Below, piece by piece: positions 10,537 to 22,358 of a stretch of 64,000 nucleotides of DNA. The notes under the pieces are model-generated. The model ran no database searches. It had not been told where the DNA came from and was given only the letters and a program-made list of their open reading frames with translations. The translations under genes and the position numbers were made by a program. The DNA is from Podarcis erhardii (lineage: Eukaryota), in the NCBI GenBank assembly GCA_964252035.1, contig OZ176201.1, one strand, 5' to 3'. The first letter of the stretch is position 1; every line of letters begins with the position of its first letter.

Positions 10537-13500
10537 ATGCGACATGGACGAATGCCATATATTTAGAGGAGGAGTCAGAACATTTCAACACTTAATTTAT
10601 TTTAGAAATAGGACTAGCTTAGGGCTGGGCCATCTTGTTTGGGAACTGGAGGCCAACCAGCTTGTGAGATCACCCTTTGGAAGCTGGCTTGTTTAAAAAC
10701 CTTTCTCCCCACTTAAAATGGGATTGATCTTCAGGCTAACCTGCCTAGGCATACCTACTGCTGTAAGCTAAACAAATGGCCTTCTAAACACATGTAGAGG
10801 TCCCACTATGCATCACAAGAAAATGCTCACTTCGATGAAACTGTATTTTAACTAGAGAGGAAGTGTACATAAATGTTCCCGTAATGCAGAGGAAATACCC
10901 GTCTATTTTTGTGTGTGTGGTGCACCTCAATGTATCTTCCATGTCTTTGTGTGCTTAAGGAGGAATGGCTTAGCAAGGAGAAATCTCAGGGACTTGGTTG
11001 TCTCTAATAGGTTTCCAAACCTATTCTTTTCCACATGTGTTTAGATCATTTGACTCAACCCTAATCTAATTTTGATAACCTGTACAATTTTCAATAACTT
11101 TTTGGTTTGTTAAATTGATTTTTTTATGAGTTTTGTTTTCATTGTCCTTTTTACTGGAAATATTATACATGTACCGAGAAGGACACTGCAGTCCGTCCCA
11201 GGAAACTCCACAACTGCTCTTCTCAAATGACATCTGGAGAAAAGTGATGTTTAGTTCTAGCAGGCCAAAAGAGCAATCCTTGTGTGCTCCCTGCTCAACT
11301 CAGCTTTAAGAACAGAGCCTCATTTATAGAGGAAGCCCTTCCAAACACAGGTGATGGGTATTCATTTCTAGACGGGAGCCTCCAACATTTGCAGGTTCCA
11401 GATGATACTGGAGGAGGGGGAGCGCCCACACCTTGCGTGATCAGGCGCAAAAAAAGAGTTGCAAAAAGGTGCTAACCAAATGCATTTTCACTAAACACCG
11501 TACCACCTCCATTTTGAGGCATTCATGGGATTGTTGGTCATTACAGGATAGAATGGTTGAAAGGAAAAAGAGGAGGGCAAAGGAGGTAGGTTTGCCTCCT
11601 GGCACCCATATTCTTTGGAATTAAAACTCCAGTGGTGCAGCTCTCCTGTCTCTGTCCACATATTACTTCACAAGCTGCTGAGAGTCACAATCAGACAGCA
11701 AATGGCACCCTGTGGGGGCAGAGGTGGGGTTGTTGGCAGAGGTGAGATGGGTTTCATTTGGAAGCACAGTGTTAGGGGAGGCGAAAGCAGTTTAACTCAC
11801 AGCATCTCCTTACTTAAAAGAGATGCTAGGCTTGCTCCGGGATTCGCACTACCACTTAATGCATGTTAATCACAGTCATCTCACAATTAACATGGACTCT
11901 AACCTGCTCCTTCGTAAAGTATTTTAAAGATGGGCCGATGATTCTAAGGGCTTGCATATGCAATTAGAGGCATTTGAGGTTCTTCCACAGGTGGGTGTTT
12001 TAGGGTTATTAGTTCTGAATGAAAAACCACATATGCGGATAGTTGATATAAGGAACTGAGGTTAGACCTTTGAGTTGTTCATCGATCCCATCCTATGGTT
12101 TACATAGGGGGTCACCAAGTGGCAGCCACAGGCAGAAACCTGGCCTTCAACATGACGTGTCTGGCCAGCCTGTTACTATACTACACTACATTCATGCCCT
12201 ACAAGCTCACTAGACGGGTAAGATGACATGATAGCAGACAGATATTGGCTTATTCCTCTGCTCTTGTACCATCCCTTACACCATGCGTATGTGGAAAATG
12301 TCAGGCTCTTAGTGGAAGGGAGATTGATGAAGGGAGGCTGATGGGGATACGTGATAATCTTAGTGGGAAAAGGATGGTAAAACAATTCTGCCATGCACTC
12401 TGAGCCCAGAAATGAGGTCAAATTCATGCATGTATGTCCCAACTCAGGGAGTTAGAAAATTGGTTGTCACTTGCTTACAAGATCACTAAATGATGACTGG
12501 GCACATGCTGCCAGTTGTCAAAGATGATGGTTCTTTCCCTAAAAATGCAGTGAGATATTAGCCCTGTTCACTCATTCCCTCTCATGTGATTCCAAGTGTT
12601 TGAGTGAAGAGAGCAGGGTCACAGTTGCTAGCACCCTCTCTACATTGTGATCCCAACAGCTTGTAGTTGTGTTGCTCTCTACACAGTCAAATACAATTTC
12701 TGCAGCAGAGAAAGCAGGCTCCTCCCTAGGGAAATTCTGCTCAAACACGCAGAGGGATGCAGGGAGGGGCTGATGGGGACATGATGGAGGGGGTGAGGCC
12801 AACAAGTGCACTTCCTCCTCACATGCATGTGGAGGAATGAATAGGAGCATTGCCAAGACACTAAGAAAATAGTCAGAGACTTCTAATCTCTAACATAATG
12901 TTTAACCAAAGGGGGATTATTACTTTTGATAACATTACATTTAGCAGAAGTCCTCTTTCAGCTGCAGATCCTTTGCAGAATTCTGGCTATGCCTGTTGAT
13001 TTAAGATGGTTAGGAAGCATGTGTTCTGCTGCACTGAGTCATGTAGAGCTTATTCAACACCATACATCTGCTTCTGGACTGTGCTGGGGTGGGGGAGCAG
13101 AATCACATGCCCTCAGCAAAAGCTGTACTCTTTATTATTAAACTGCAGTGTGGATTACACTTCCAGTCCTAGAAAGCAACATGTTGATTGTTGTGAAATA
13201 AAAAGGAAAGAACTAAATATTAACAACTTCCCTACTCCCCAAGCTTCAAAAGCTATTTGTCAAGGAGTGAGTGGGGCTGCCATTTTGATAAAAATAGTAA
13301 TAATAAACGACTCAGCTCAGTAGCCCTCTGGATTGCAGCTTACACATTTAGAAGAGAAAAGGAGAAAGAGAGAAAGGAGATAAGAAATGGGAAGCTAGAG
13401 CCATAGGGAAGTGTTGCTTTCACCTCACAGGACTTGGCCAAACAGTAGTTTTAGACAGTCACAAATGCTGGGAGGAATGATGTACCTTTGCTCTTCCTTT

Positions 13501-15002
13501 GTCCAAGCTCCTACCAGGTGTCATTTTTTAAGGGACATAAATTTAACTAGCTTGTGAAGTGCAGGATTTCAGAAATCAGGGACACAAAGGAAGATCCTTT
13601 TACTGGGACAATTTGAGTCTCGGCTTCATACATTTCTTCTCAAGGCAGAAAGCTGCTTACAACGCCTTTGTTCACAGAAAGCAAGGAAAAAAACCCATCA
13701 CCTTCTCATTGACTATGTATCTTAATACTTTTGAGTTCCTTTTTTTGGGGTGGGGGCAAAATCTCTAGAGAAGAAATGTACTATGCATAATGTACAATTA
13801 ACAACATTTCCATGAGTTTCTACACTAACTGCAAGGGATAAAAAGAACCCCCTACCTCTTGGTGCAGTTCTGTGAAGTAAAATTTGCGACACTGTTTTCT
13901 GTTCGGTACATGGCTATAACTTACACAGTGCCAGATGACGTTTGACTATTCTATATTTGATGGAATTTTCTGTTATCCCCTCCAGCTGTTTTCTATAAGG
14001 AATGTATGTAAACATGTATGTGTGAGTGCAAATGGGCGCAAAAGGGTTGATGCAGGAGAACATGTCCGCAAATGAAAATGAGCTTCAGCAGCTTACACAC
14101 GTACCCTTTGATCCAGAGACTTGCATGTGCTCAAGAACACGCATAGCATCTCTTGAATGGACAAAGGTTCTGATTCTTTTCAAGGCATGCGGCACACGTA
14201 TCAGGATATGCAGCCTAGGTCCCCAGCATGCCGTTCTAAGATGAATGGGGAAGATTGTGTGTGCAGGGGAACTCTGGGTCCATTGATACTCTCGCACACA
14301 GATCCCTGCATTCAGGTATCCGAACAGACAAAAGAACCAACTTGGGTTCTCTACTACATAAAGCAAAAGTACCAAATTATTTTTTATTCTCTTTTTAAAT
14401 AGGTAGTATATAAAGATCTATATTTTTATCCGTTTGGAGGAGGCGTGAAAGCAGTTGAACCAAATAGGTTGAATGATGCAACAGACCTTTAAATAGTGTT
14501 TTTCCCCTGCCCCCTTCAACACACAATTGCTGAAGGCACACATCACCCTGGGGCATGAGATGAGGGTGTGTGAGCACACGATGCTTGGAAACGATCCATT
14601 CTGGTGAGTCCCTTCTACGCTATTTTATCCAGAGTCTATGCAATTCTTTTCATACTTCAACAAAACTAGCCCGCTTCAACCGTTACCGTACGCTCAGAGG
14701 TTTGCCTTCTTCATTCTCAAAAGTGCAGCAGCTCAGTGGTGAGGGAGGGTTTCCAGGAGAACAAAGGTCTTGTGTGCTATGGGCAATGTTTTGTGCAGGA
14801 TTTGTCTGTCTCAATTGTCGGCGTGTGCGTGTGTGCGTGCAATATATGGCTGTGTACGACTGTGCTCGTGACAGGTTTGAAGCAAGTGAAGTCACTTTTG
14901 TCCCTGCTTTCATGTAAATGCACTTTAATGTAATACAATGTGGATGTCATGTCAATGTAATCTGGATTTATGCTTTTCTAGTGAACTGTTACAACCATAG
15001 TG

Positions 15003-15008
15003 AATAAA
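15003..15008 (+). terminator. Candidate distal polyadenylation signal of SLC16A3
   Basis: AATAAA with upstream TGTA elements and downstream T/GT-rich TATTTATTCTGTTGTC; assignment to SLC16A3 is inferred. Confidence 0.45.
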
Positions 15009-15468
15009 GCTATTTATTCTGTTGTCAAAATATTCTTGCATCAGGAATTATGGCTCTGAAAATTCATCTGCTATTTTTATTTTATTCTGAGGCATAGTCA
15101 ACAGCCTAATTTTCTATCCAGCCTCAGCTCAGGCATCTATTTGTCGTGCTAGGTTTCCAAACCTGAAACATAAAAATAGATAATGCCTCTGAGAAGCAGA
15201 TGGAAAATAATCATGTTCACACTTCTAGAATGAGGGAGAGAAGACTTCTAGATCAGAGGTTGGTGGGTCCAGACAGATATAAGCTAGGCTATTTTTCTTG
15301 AAATAACGCACTGGGTTTGGAGGGGTGTGTTTTTTTTATTTCTGACTACTTTGCAAAAACATCTGACTTCTTCATCAGGTTGCTTTGTCACTTTTAATCT
15401 GCACTTGTCTAGGTGATCTTTGCCTGCAATTCTAAGCTCTCCCCCACAAACTGAAGGCCAGAAATATA

Positions 15469-15727
15469 CCGTATTTTTTGCTCTAAAAGACTCACTTTTC
15501 CCCTCCTAAAAAGTAAGGGGACATGTGTGTGCGTCTTATGGAGCGAATGCAGGCTGTGCAGCTATCCCAGAAGCCAGAACAGCAAGAGGAATTGCTGCTT
15601 TCACTGTGCAGCGATCCCTCTTGCTGTTCTGGCTTCTGAGATTCAGAATATTTTTTTTCTTGTTTTCCTCCTCCAAAAACTAGGTGCGTCTTGTGGTCTG
15701 GTGCGTCTTATAGAGCAAAAAATATGG
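15469..15727. mobile_element. Tc1/mariner (Tc2/pogo-like) MITE, 259 bp
   Basis: TIRs CCGTATTTTTTGCTCTAAAAGA / TCTTATAGAGCAAAAAATATGG (20/22), TA on both flanks, long internal palindrome. Confidence 0.85.
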
Positions 15728-16010
15728 TACTTCAAAAACTGGAAGTTCTAATTCTTGTGACCGACCTTAAGTAAGGATGTAGGTGGTTAGTGTTCTAACT
15801 GCTTGTCCTTTCACTTAATATATGGAGCATTGATATAAAAACAGGTCAAATGAACAAGTTAAGCCAATGACCCCAGGCTCTGCTTCCGTCCTATCTCACA
15901 AGGCACACTAATCATCTTAAGTAGCAAAAGGAAGAGTTGTGGCATTTACTGAGACACAATATGGAAACCTACATGAGGAATAACATCAAAGTCAAAGAAG
16001 TCAAAGTTCA

Positions 16011-16172
16011 CATGCACACCATACATTTAAAACACATTTAAAGCCCATGGTTTCCCTTAAATGATCCTGGAAACTGTAGTTTACCCTCACAGAGCTACAA
16101 TTTCCAGCATCCTTAACAAACCACAGTTCCCAGTATTCTTTGGGGGCAACTGTATTTTAAATGTGTGGATGT
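16011..16172. mobile_element. Palindromic MITE-like repeat
   Basis: Imperfect inverted ends (CACAC..CATTTAAAA / TTTTAAATGTGTG) and internal GGAAACTGTAGTTT / AAACCACAGTTCC inversion. Confidence 0.45.
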
Positions 16173-18221
16173 AAACTTTGTTTTAAAATGGGGACATAGA
16201 GCTTTGAAAGCACTGGGTCCTGACTACTTAATACTACCCAGACCTTTAGGTTTCTGAGTTGTTAACCATTACCACTGAAACATAATCACACTTCTGGAAC
16301 CAAGCATAAAAAAGGATGTACGCTGCTTTTTCTTGAACCAGTTCAGGTGCCAGGGATTTTATGCAGCTCCACAATTTGTGGGAAATGTGCCTGCTCCGTC
16401 GTATTTTCTACAGCAATACCAGTAGGATCAGGGTAACACTTGGGCTTTAAATAAGGGTCTGCATAAATTTGCGGCTGCTGCTGTTTAAAGATGGGGCTAC
16501 GCGCAACACTTTGCATGTTTAGCGCGCAGAACAGTGGGAGTTGCTGACTAGTGGGCAAAAGCTAAGTGTCAAAACCAGGGAAGACTAAGCATAAAGGCAG
16601 GGAATGCTGCCTTGATAATCCTAGCTCCATAAGGACGCCATGTTACTTCTATTCCTGAAGCCAAATTTGAATAGGGTAATCTTTCATAAGCTGCCCTGAG
16701 AGCCTTTCAGGGCTATGAAGTGGGATAAACATTCTAAATGAAGATATGCTGCAATACGGGGCTGGGGGAGCAATCACACAAACTAGCAGATTCAGGATTA
16801 GGATCACCCTCAGGTGGTGGGGGTGGGGGTGAAATTGGGGGTTGAGGGGTTGGAGAAGAGACGGAAAGTTCTGGCTGGGGCTGCAGTGAAGGGAAATAAT
16901 TGGTTTTAACACTTTTCCTCTGTTTAACTTCTCCCCTTCAGAAGCTTTTGCAAAGGGATTTAAATTAAGAAAACCAGATGTGGAAAAGGGTTAACCCCAC
17001 TTCCGTAGTACAGTACCACACCAGTCATTAAAAAGAAAAGAAAAGAAAAGAGAGCAGATCCCAATATTATTCAAATACATATGTACTTTGCGTCAAAAGT
17101 CTAGAAACTAGTTTCTGCTATGGAACTAAAATCCTTAGGATTACTGATACACAAACTAGGTTAAATCTAGATTTCTTTGTTTTTGTTTATTTTGAGCAGC
17201 TCACCATATGGCAAAGTACTATTAGGACAAAATAACAGCCAGGCTTTACTGTAGGGTGGTTGAACACTGAATGAGTGTGAATTATATGGAGGGGCAGATG
17301 GCAATAGCTTCTGCACAACCCAAATCAGGAAAAAGCACACATATTAAACTGCAGGCAAAATTAACTTGGAACGCCAGTAACTCGAGGGCTTTTCTTAAAA
17401 AAAAAAAAAAAAAATTTTTTTTTGAAGAAATGTTTTTGTTAAATGTTAAAACACCACAGACAAAATTGTTCTTTACTTTCATTAAGTACAGATGACATAA
17501 ATTCATATAGCAAGCCTTTATGTCCAGAAAGAGGCGGTTGTTTCATTTTGACCCTACTTAATGGTTTTAGTCGAAACTCTGGCCCCCTTCACTTTGTTCT
17601 CATGAAGCTGTAGTGTGGGGCTGTGTCTCTGGTCCCATTCCTAACAGCACACCTCTGTTTGGCTCCCCATTCCTCTTCCCTGCAGCAGGGAGGCCTCTAT
17701 GTTGAGACTTCCCTGGATACTGGAAGTCTTAACAGTGTTCCATGACCCAGGGAAGCCAATACCTGTCCAGATCTTTGTGCATAGGCTTGCTTGCTTCAGA
17801 TCTCCCCGTGCATGTATTAGGGTGGGGCCAGAGATAAAGCTCCCCCAGCCCTTCTCTACCCAGGCTGCTTCCTTACATTAAGAGAGCTCCTCTGGATTTT
17901 AAGTTATTTGCTGGACAAAGCAACTCTAATCCTATAGCTATAGCTAGCCAGTATGAGAGAATTATGTAGCCAATGACATGCCAGCACTTCTTCTTTATGA
18001 TGAATGAACAGAAGCACTAGCATCCCATCAGTGCTGACTAAGTCTTGTGAAGGCAACACCAAGTAAGTGAAAGTAAGTAGGTCGGTGCCTGACAGTAGTG
18101 CTTCTCAAGTTGGGCCATGAAAAGGCAATCCAAAAACCACCCATAGTAAATTGCTTCCACGCTTGTAAAAAGCAAATTTATATCAGCCTTGTATTTAAGC
18201 ACTCGCCTAGTAGCCACTAGC

Positions 18222-18360
18222 TACGGATGCAGAACTTATGGTCCTCCAGATGTAGGTGAACTATAGCACCCATCATCTTGGGCCACTGACCACGCCTGAT
18301 ATAGCTGTTGAAAGTTGTAGTTCAGCAACATCTGGGCAGCCTCAGATTTCCCACTCCTGC
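18222..18360. mobile_element. Degraded hAT-type MITE
   Basis: CTCCAGATGT...AGTTGTAGTTCAGCAACATCTGG core shared with 19998-20127. Confidence 0.45.
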
Positions 18361-19520
18361 CATGGGCAATCAGGAATTGCATGCAGGCGAGGGAGCAAGC
18401 TAGTTCAGGAGAGGTGGGGTGCTGACCTCTTTCTTCTTGGCAGAAAGCGGGCTGGGGGAAGAAAAGCCCCTGACTGCACCCAGACCTTTTATGGTTGTGT
18501 TTTGTATGTGGAACTCCCTGCCTCAAGAGCTTTAATTATCATTCTTTGCACTGGTATTCTGCTTCCACTTGACAACTTCGCATGCAACAAGCTCTAAATC
18601 CTGTTCCTAGATCAGCATTAAGTACTTATTTACTGCCTGACATTTAAAATGGTTCCCCCCCATCCTTCTTTCATACTGTTCAGTAGTTACTGTTACACAT
18701 TTTAGTATTTTAATGATGTAGAATATTGTTGGTTCTAAATCTGAGTCCTTGCTGTATTCTGTTGGCTGTTCTGAGTGCTGCTGCAAGGAGGGAAAACAGG
18801 AAGAAAACTAACGCAGCAGGCTGTTGCAAGAGGGACAGAGAAATTCTTATTCAATAACTCTTAAAAGTGCTGTAAAAGTGAGGTGTGCCTCCAGTTGGAG
18901 AGAAAATAAGGTTTGGAAAATACTGAAACAAGAATTCACCTCTGCATGCATATCCAGCTTCTACTGCCAGGTATATTGCTAGGTGAAGGACAAGCCCTTG
19001 TCTGTCTCACTTTTGGAACGACCAAATACAGCCTATCTGCAGCGCAACTGAAGACGGCAGTGTAAGTGATACATAACTATCCAGGGTATGAAGGTTTCAC
19101 TGTTTGTTTTGCTTAGCCACTCCAGGATATAGTATTCTGCTGGGTAGTAGTATAGCGCAGCAATCTTTTAGATGAGTCAGGTCTCCCAAAGATTGACCTG
19201 CTACTTTTGGAATAATCCCACTGGAGGCTTAACAGCCATGTGACTTTTATTACAATCATGCTTATTCTACATGACTGTGCAATGTCTGGTTTTATTTCTG
19301 AGCTTCTACATTTCATGGTACAGTAAGGAGACTGTGACTGCCACTAGTGGTAGGAATCACTCCATTTTGTCAGGTTTTGATATTGACTAGTTTCCTAAGT
19401 TTACATCTCAGCCCTTACTTATTGACTCTTTTTGCTATATGAATGTTTCAGCATCCAATGCTGAAAAATGCATGGTACAGTGAGATAGACCCAGATCTTC
19501 CTTTCCATTTTTGCCTGCAG

Positions 19521-19666
19521 CAGTGGTTCCCAACTGGTGGTCCATAGAACCCACGGGTCCACATAACCCACCTAGGGGTCTGTGTCACCGTCCACAAAAC
19601 TACCATACAGGTATCAAAATTTTCAAAAGTAGGGGTCCGCAGTACTTAGCTAATTGGGAACCACTG
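19521..19666. mobile_element. hAT (Charlie-like) MITE
   Basis: 15-bp TIRs CAGTGGTTCCCAA(C/T)T (14/15); 8-bp flanks match only 4/8. Confidence 0.7.
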
Positions 19667-19997
19667 ACTTATAGTGTATCTCACCCTTTGGTGATAAATC
19701 CAGCCTGCTTTTTCCACTTCCAACTTTCCATTTCCTCCCAATAGAACTCCCAGAAGATTTTCACATCACCTCCCTCAAATTTCAGTGACCATACCCCAGG
19801 TCAATTTCACACTCATCCCAGCAGAATGAACACTGCTGTCTTCACAACTATTTCATCTAGAAACCAATACTGTACTGTTCCCAGAGCAAACAAGAGGAGG
19901 AGAAAGGGGAAAGCATTGCTAAACTATAAAAGCTGGCAAAACAAAAATCAACTCCACAAGAAAGCTCAGAAGTCAAAGCAGATGCCTGGCCTTAAAA

Positions 19998-20127
19998 CCC
20001 AGGTGGGGAACCTATAACCCTACAGATGTTGATGGTATCCAATTTCCATCAGGTCCAGACCGCATGGCTGATAAGACTGAGAAGATGGGAGTTGTAGTCC
20101 AGCAACATCTGGAGGTTCCCCACCCTG
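19998..20127. mobile_element. hAT-type MITE with 8-bp TSD
   Basis: Ends CAGGTGGGGAACC / GGTTCCCCACCCTG; CCTTAAAA duplicated at 19990-19997 and 20128-20135. Confidence 0.75.
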
Positions 20128-20231
20128 CCTTAAAATTTCTGGCAGTTGGCTTTGAATAAATATGTTGTTCTATAAGCAGAGAACCCATTAGATGTGCAAA
20201 TAAAGGCAAAATAGATAGAAGTCCTTATGAA

Positions 20232-20237
20232 TTTATT
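20232..20237 (-). terminator. Candidate distal polyadenylation signal of CSNK1D
   Basis: AATAAA on minus about 2.1 kb after the delta1 stop; a second AATAAA at 21820-21825. Confidence 0.45.
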
Positions 20238-22307
20238 TACACAATTATTAAAGTACACAAATACAGTGGTAATACAAATGAGGTGTTCTGAGATAACTTG
20301 ATACCAGTACACAGGTTTAGAGAGACATTCTAACTATATTTTCAGTAGGTGATGGTGGGATTTAACTATAATGGAAGGGCGCAGACTGCCCACAACCAAG
20401 TACATGTCTAGAAATTTGCATCAGTCAACTTTTTAAGTACAGTACAGCAATTGAAGGTTCCAGATATATATAGAGAAGAAGAGGCTGCCTTTATAAGTCT
20501 CTAACATTACATCATTTGACCACAAGTATTTACAAAGAAAGCACACAGAAGTGTAGAACTGTACAAAATGGAAGTGCACATGCCTAAAGAACCAACATCC
20601 ACAGTAACCAAGTGATACAGTTATGCAAAATTCTCCATGGACCAACATTTAAAAACATTCCCATTGCACTTCCCCAATTGTGGGTTGCATCAAATCAAGA
20701 CTTTTAAAATACAAATAAGCACTTGGTTAATGTTCTAACATAGCTAAAGGAAAGCGACAAGATTGTTCATATCCACAAAACTAAAAAGGAACTGGCAAAG
20801 CTTTGAAACAATTTAAAAAAATGCAAATTAAGAGCAAAAGAAAACCATGGAGTTCTATTAGCCACCAAGTTTCCAAGGAAGCATGAATCTCACATTTGTT
20901 GATTAAAAAGTAGTAACGCAACATATCTATGTATTGCATCTTCATTCCCAAGGTGGGACTGATGGTACTTTGAGTGGTATTTGGTATGATTCACATGCCT
21001 TCTACTTTCCCAGATTACAGTGGGATAAATATATTGCTCATGAAAACAAAGGTTCTTCCATATTTATAGCTGGCACACCCATTTGCTAAGGTAAGTGTTT
21101 TGGCCATTACTTATGTATATCATCAGCTGAAGGCCAGTTGTTCCAGACTTGCACACTTTAATATTAAAGAATTCAACAAGCTTGAATGTTCTCTTGGCAT
21201 CTTGCAGCAGGAACATTTTGTTTATAGCTCGGAGCCTTGGCATGGTGCAGCAAGCTCTAAGCACTTGTCGTTCTCTGCATATTCAAGAGAAGCACACCTA
21301 CTACAACGCTGCTCACACCGCAGTGACAGCATTCAGATTTTATTGGCATCTGTACCAAAAACCAAGCAGAAATCATGGATCCTGTCACTCACATGGAACC
21401 CTGCTCTATGAATACATTTTACATTCACTTAATAAAACCTTCCTGAACAGGTTATTTTAGAGCTTTGACTTTTGTTCTTCAGAGTCTATGAAGTGATCTT
21501 ATCACCTCTACTGGGTTTGGCTACTTCTCTTTAAAATTATCTTCTGCTCTTTCTTGGACAGTACTAGAGACGAATAAACATTGGAATAAAAATATGTTTA
21601 TGCTGCATGGTGACTTAACTTTAAAAAAAAAAAAAACCCTGGAAGAACAAGACAGCCAAAAGCAAAGATAATAAAAATGTATTAAAAAAAATATTGAGAA
21701 TACTCCTCTGTAAAATGGGACCATACAAAAGTAAACAGTGTAAAATAAAAGCAGACTGTTCAAATTCATTTACACATTCCCTGCCTGACTTAAGTTTACA
21801 AGAAGTTTCAAGTCTTGTTTTTATTTTGTTTTAAACTTCAGGATTGTTCACATTTCTACACAGGTTCCAAATCAGACAAAAACGAGATTGATTCTTTTTT
21901 TTTTTACAGAGAGTTAAGCCAAGAATCTTAGCAAAATGAATACAAAACTTTCTTAAACCAAGTAAAAGATTCATAGTTACAGTAGAACAATAAAAAGGGG
22001 GGAAAGGCTGCCGCCTGTGGAGGGAGAACTGAAATGGCTATTAAATAACAGGCGGTTAATGCTGTAAACCGTCTCTTCCTTTTCCAGCTGTGTTGCTAGA
22101 GTTCACATAAGGTTATCAGGTTTCTGGCCAAAGCCTCTTGTAGTGGCAACTGCTGGATTCTGTCCATGTTCCTGCGAGTATCTTTAAGTAGCAAGGAGAG
22201 ATCCAGTTGTATTATTTCTTCTGCTCTAGTTTGGGGTAGTTTTGCTAGTAAAAGCCATTGGTAACAGGAGATCAGCCATGCATTATCTGCCCCTCAATGG
22301 CAACATT

Positions 22308-22358
22308 TCACCGATGCACAGCAGACTGGAGAATACTGGTCGTCGCCAGAGCAGGAAT
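22308..22358 (-). CDS. CSNK1D: CK1-delta terminal coding exon (delta1 tail [16 protein letters not shown])
   Basis: CTTCAATAG acceptor, phase 0, 16 aa ending LQS.VHR as in mammalian delta1. Confidence 0.88.
   Translation of the reverse strand: MPALATTSILQSAVHR

Noticed and set aside
14570-14917. 115-aa plus-strand ORF
   Set aside because: GTG start, no recognisable domain; the region looks like 3' UTR.
17397-17423. A18 followed by T9
   Set aside because: Simple homopolymer junction; no TSD or element body.
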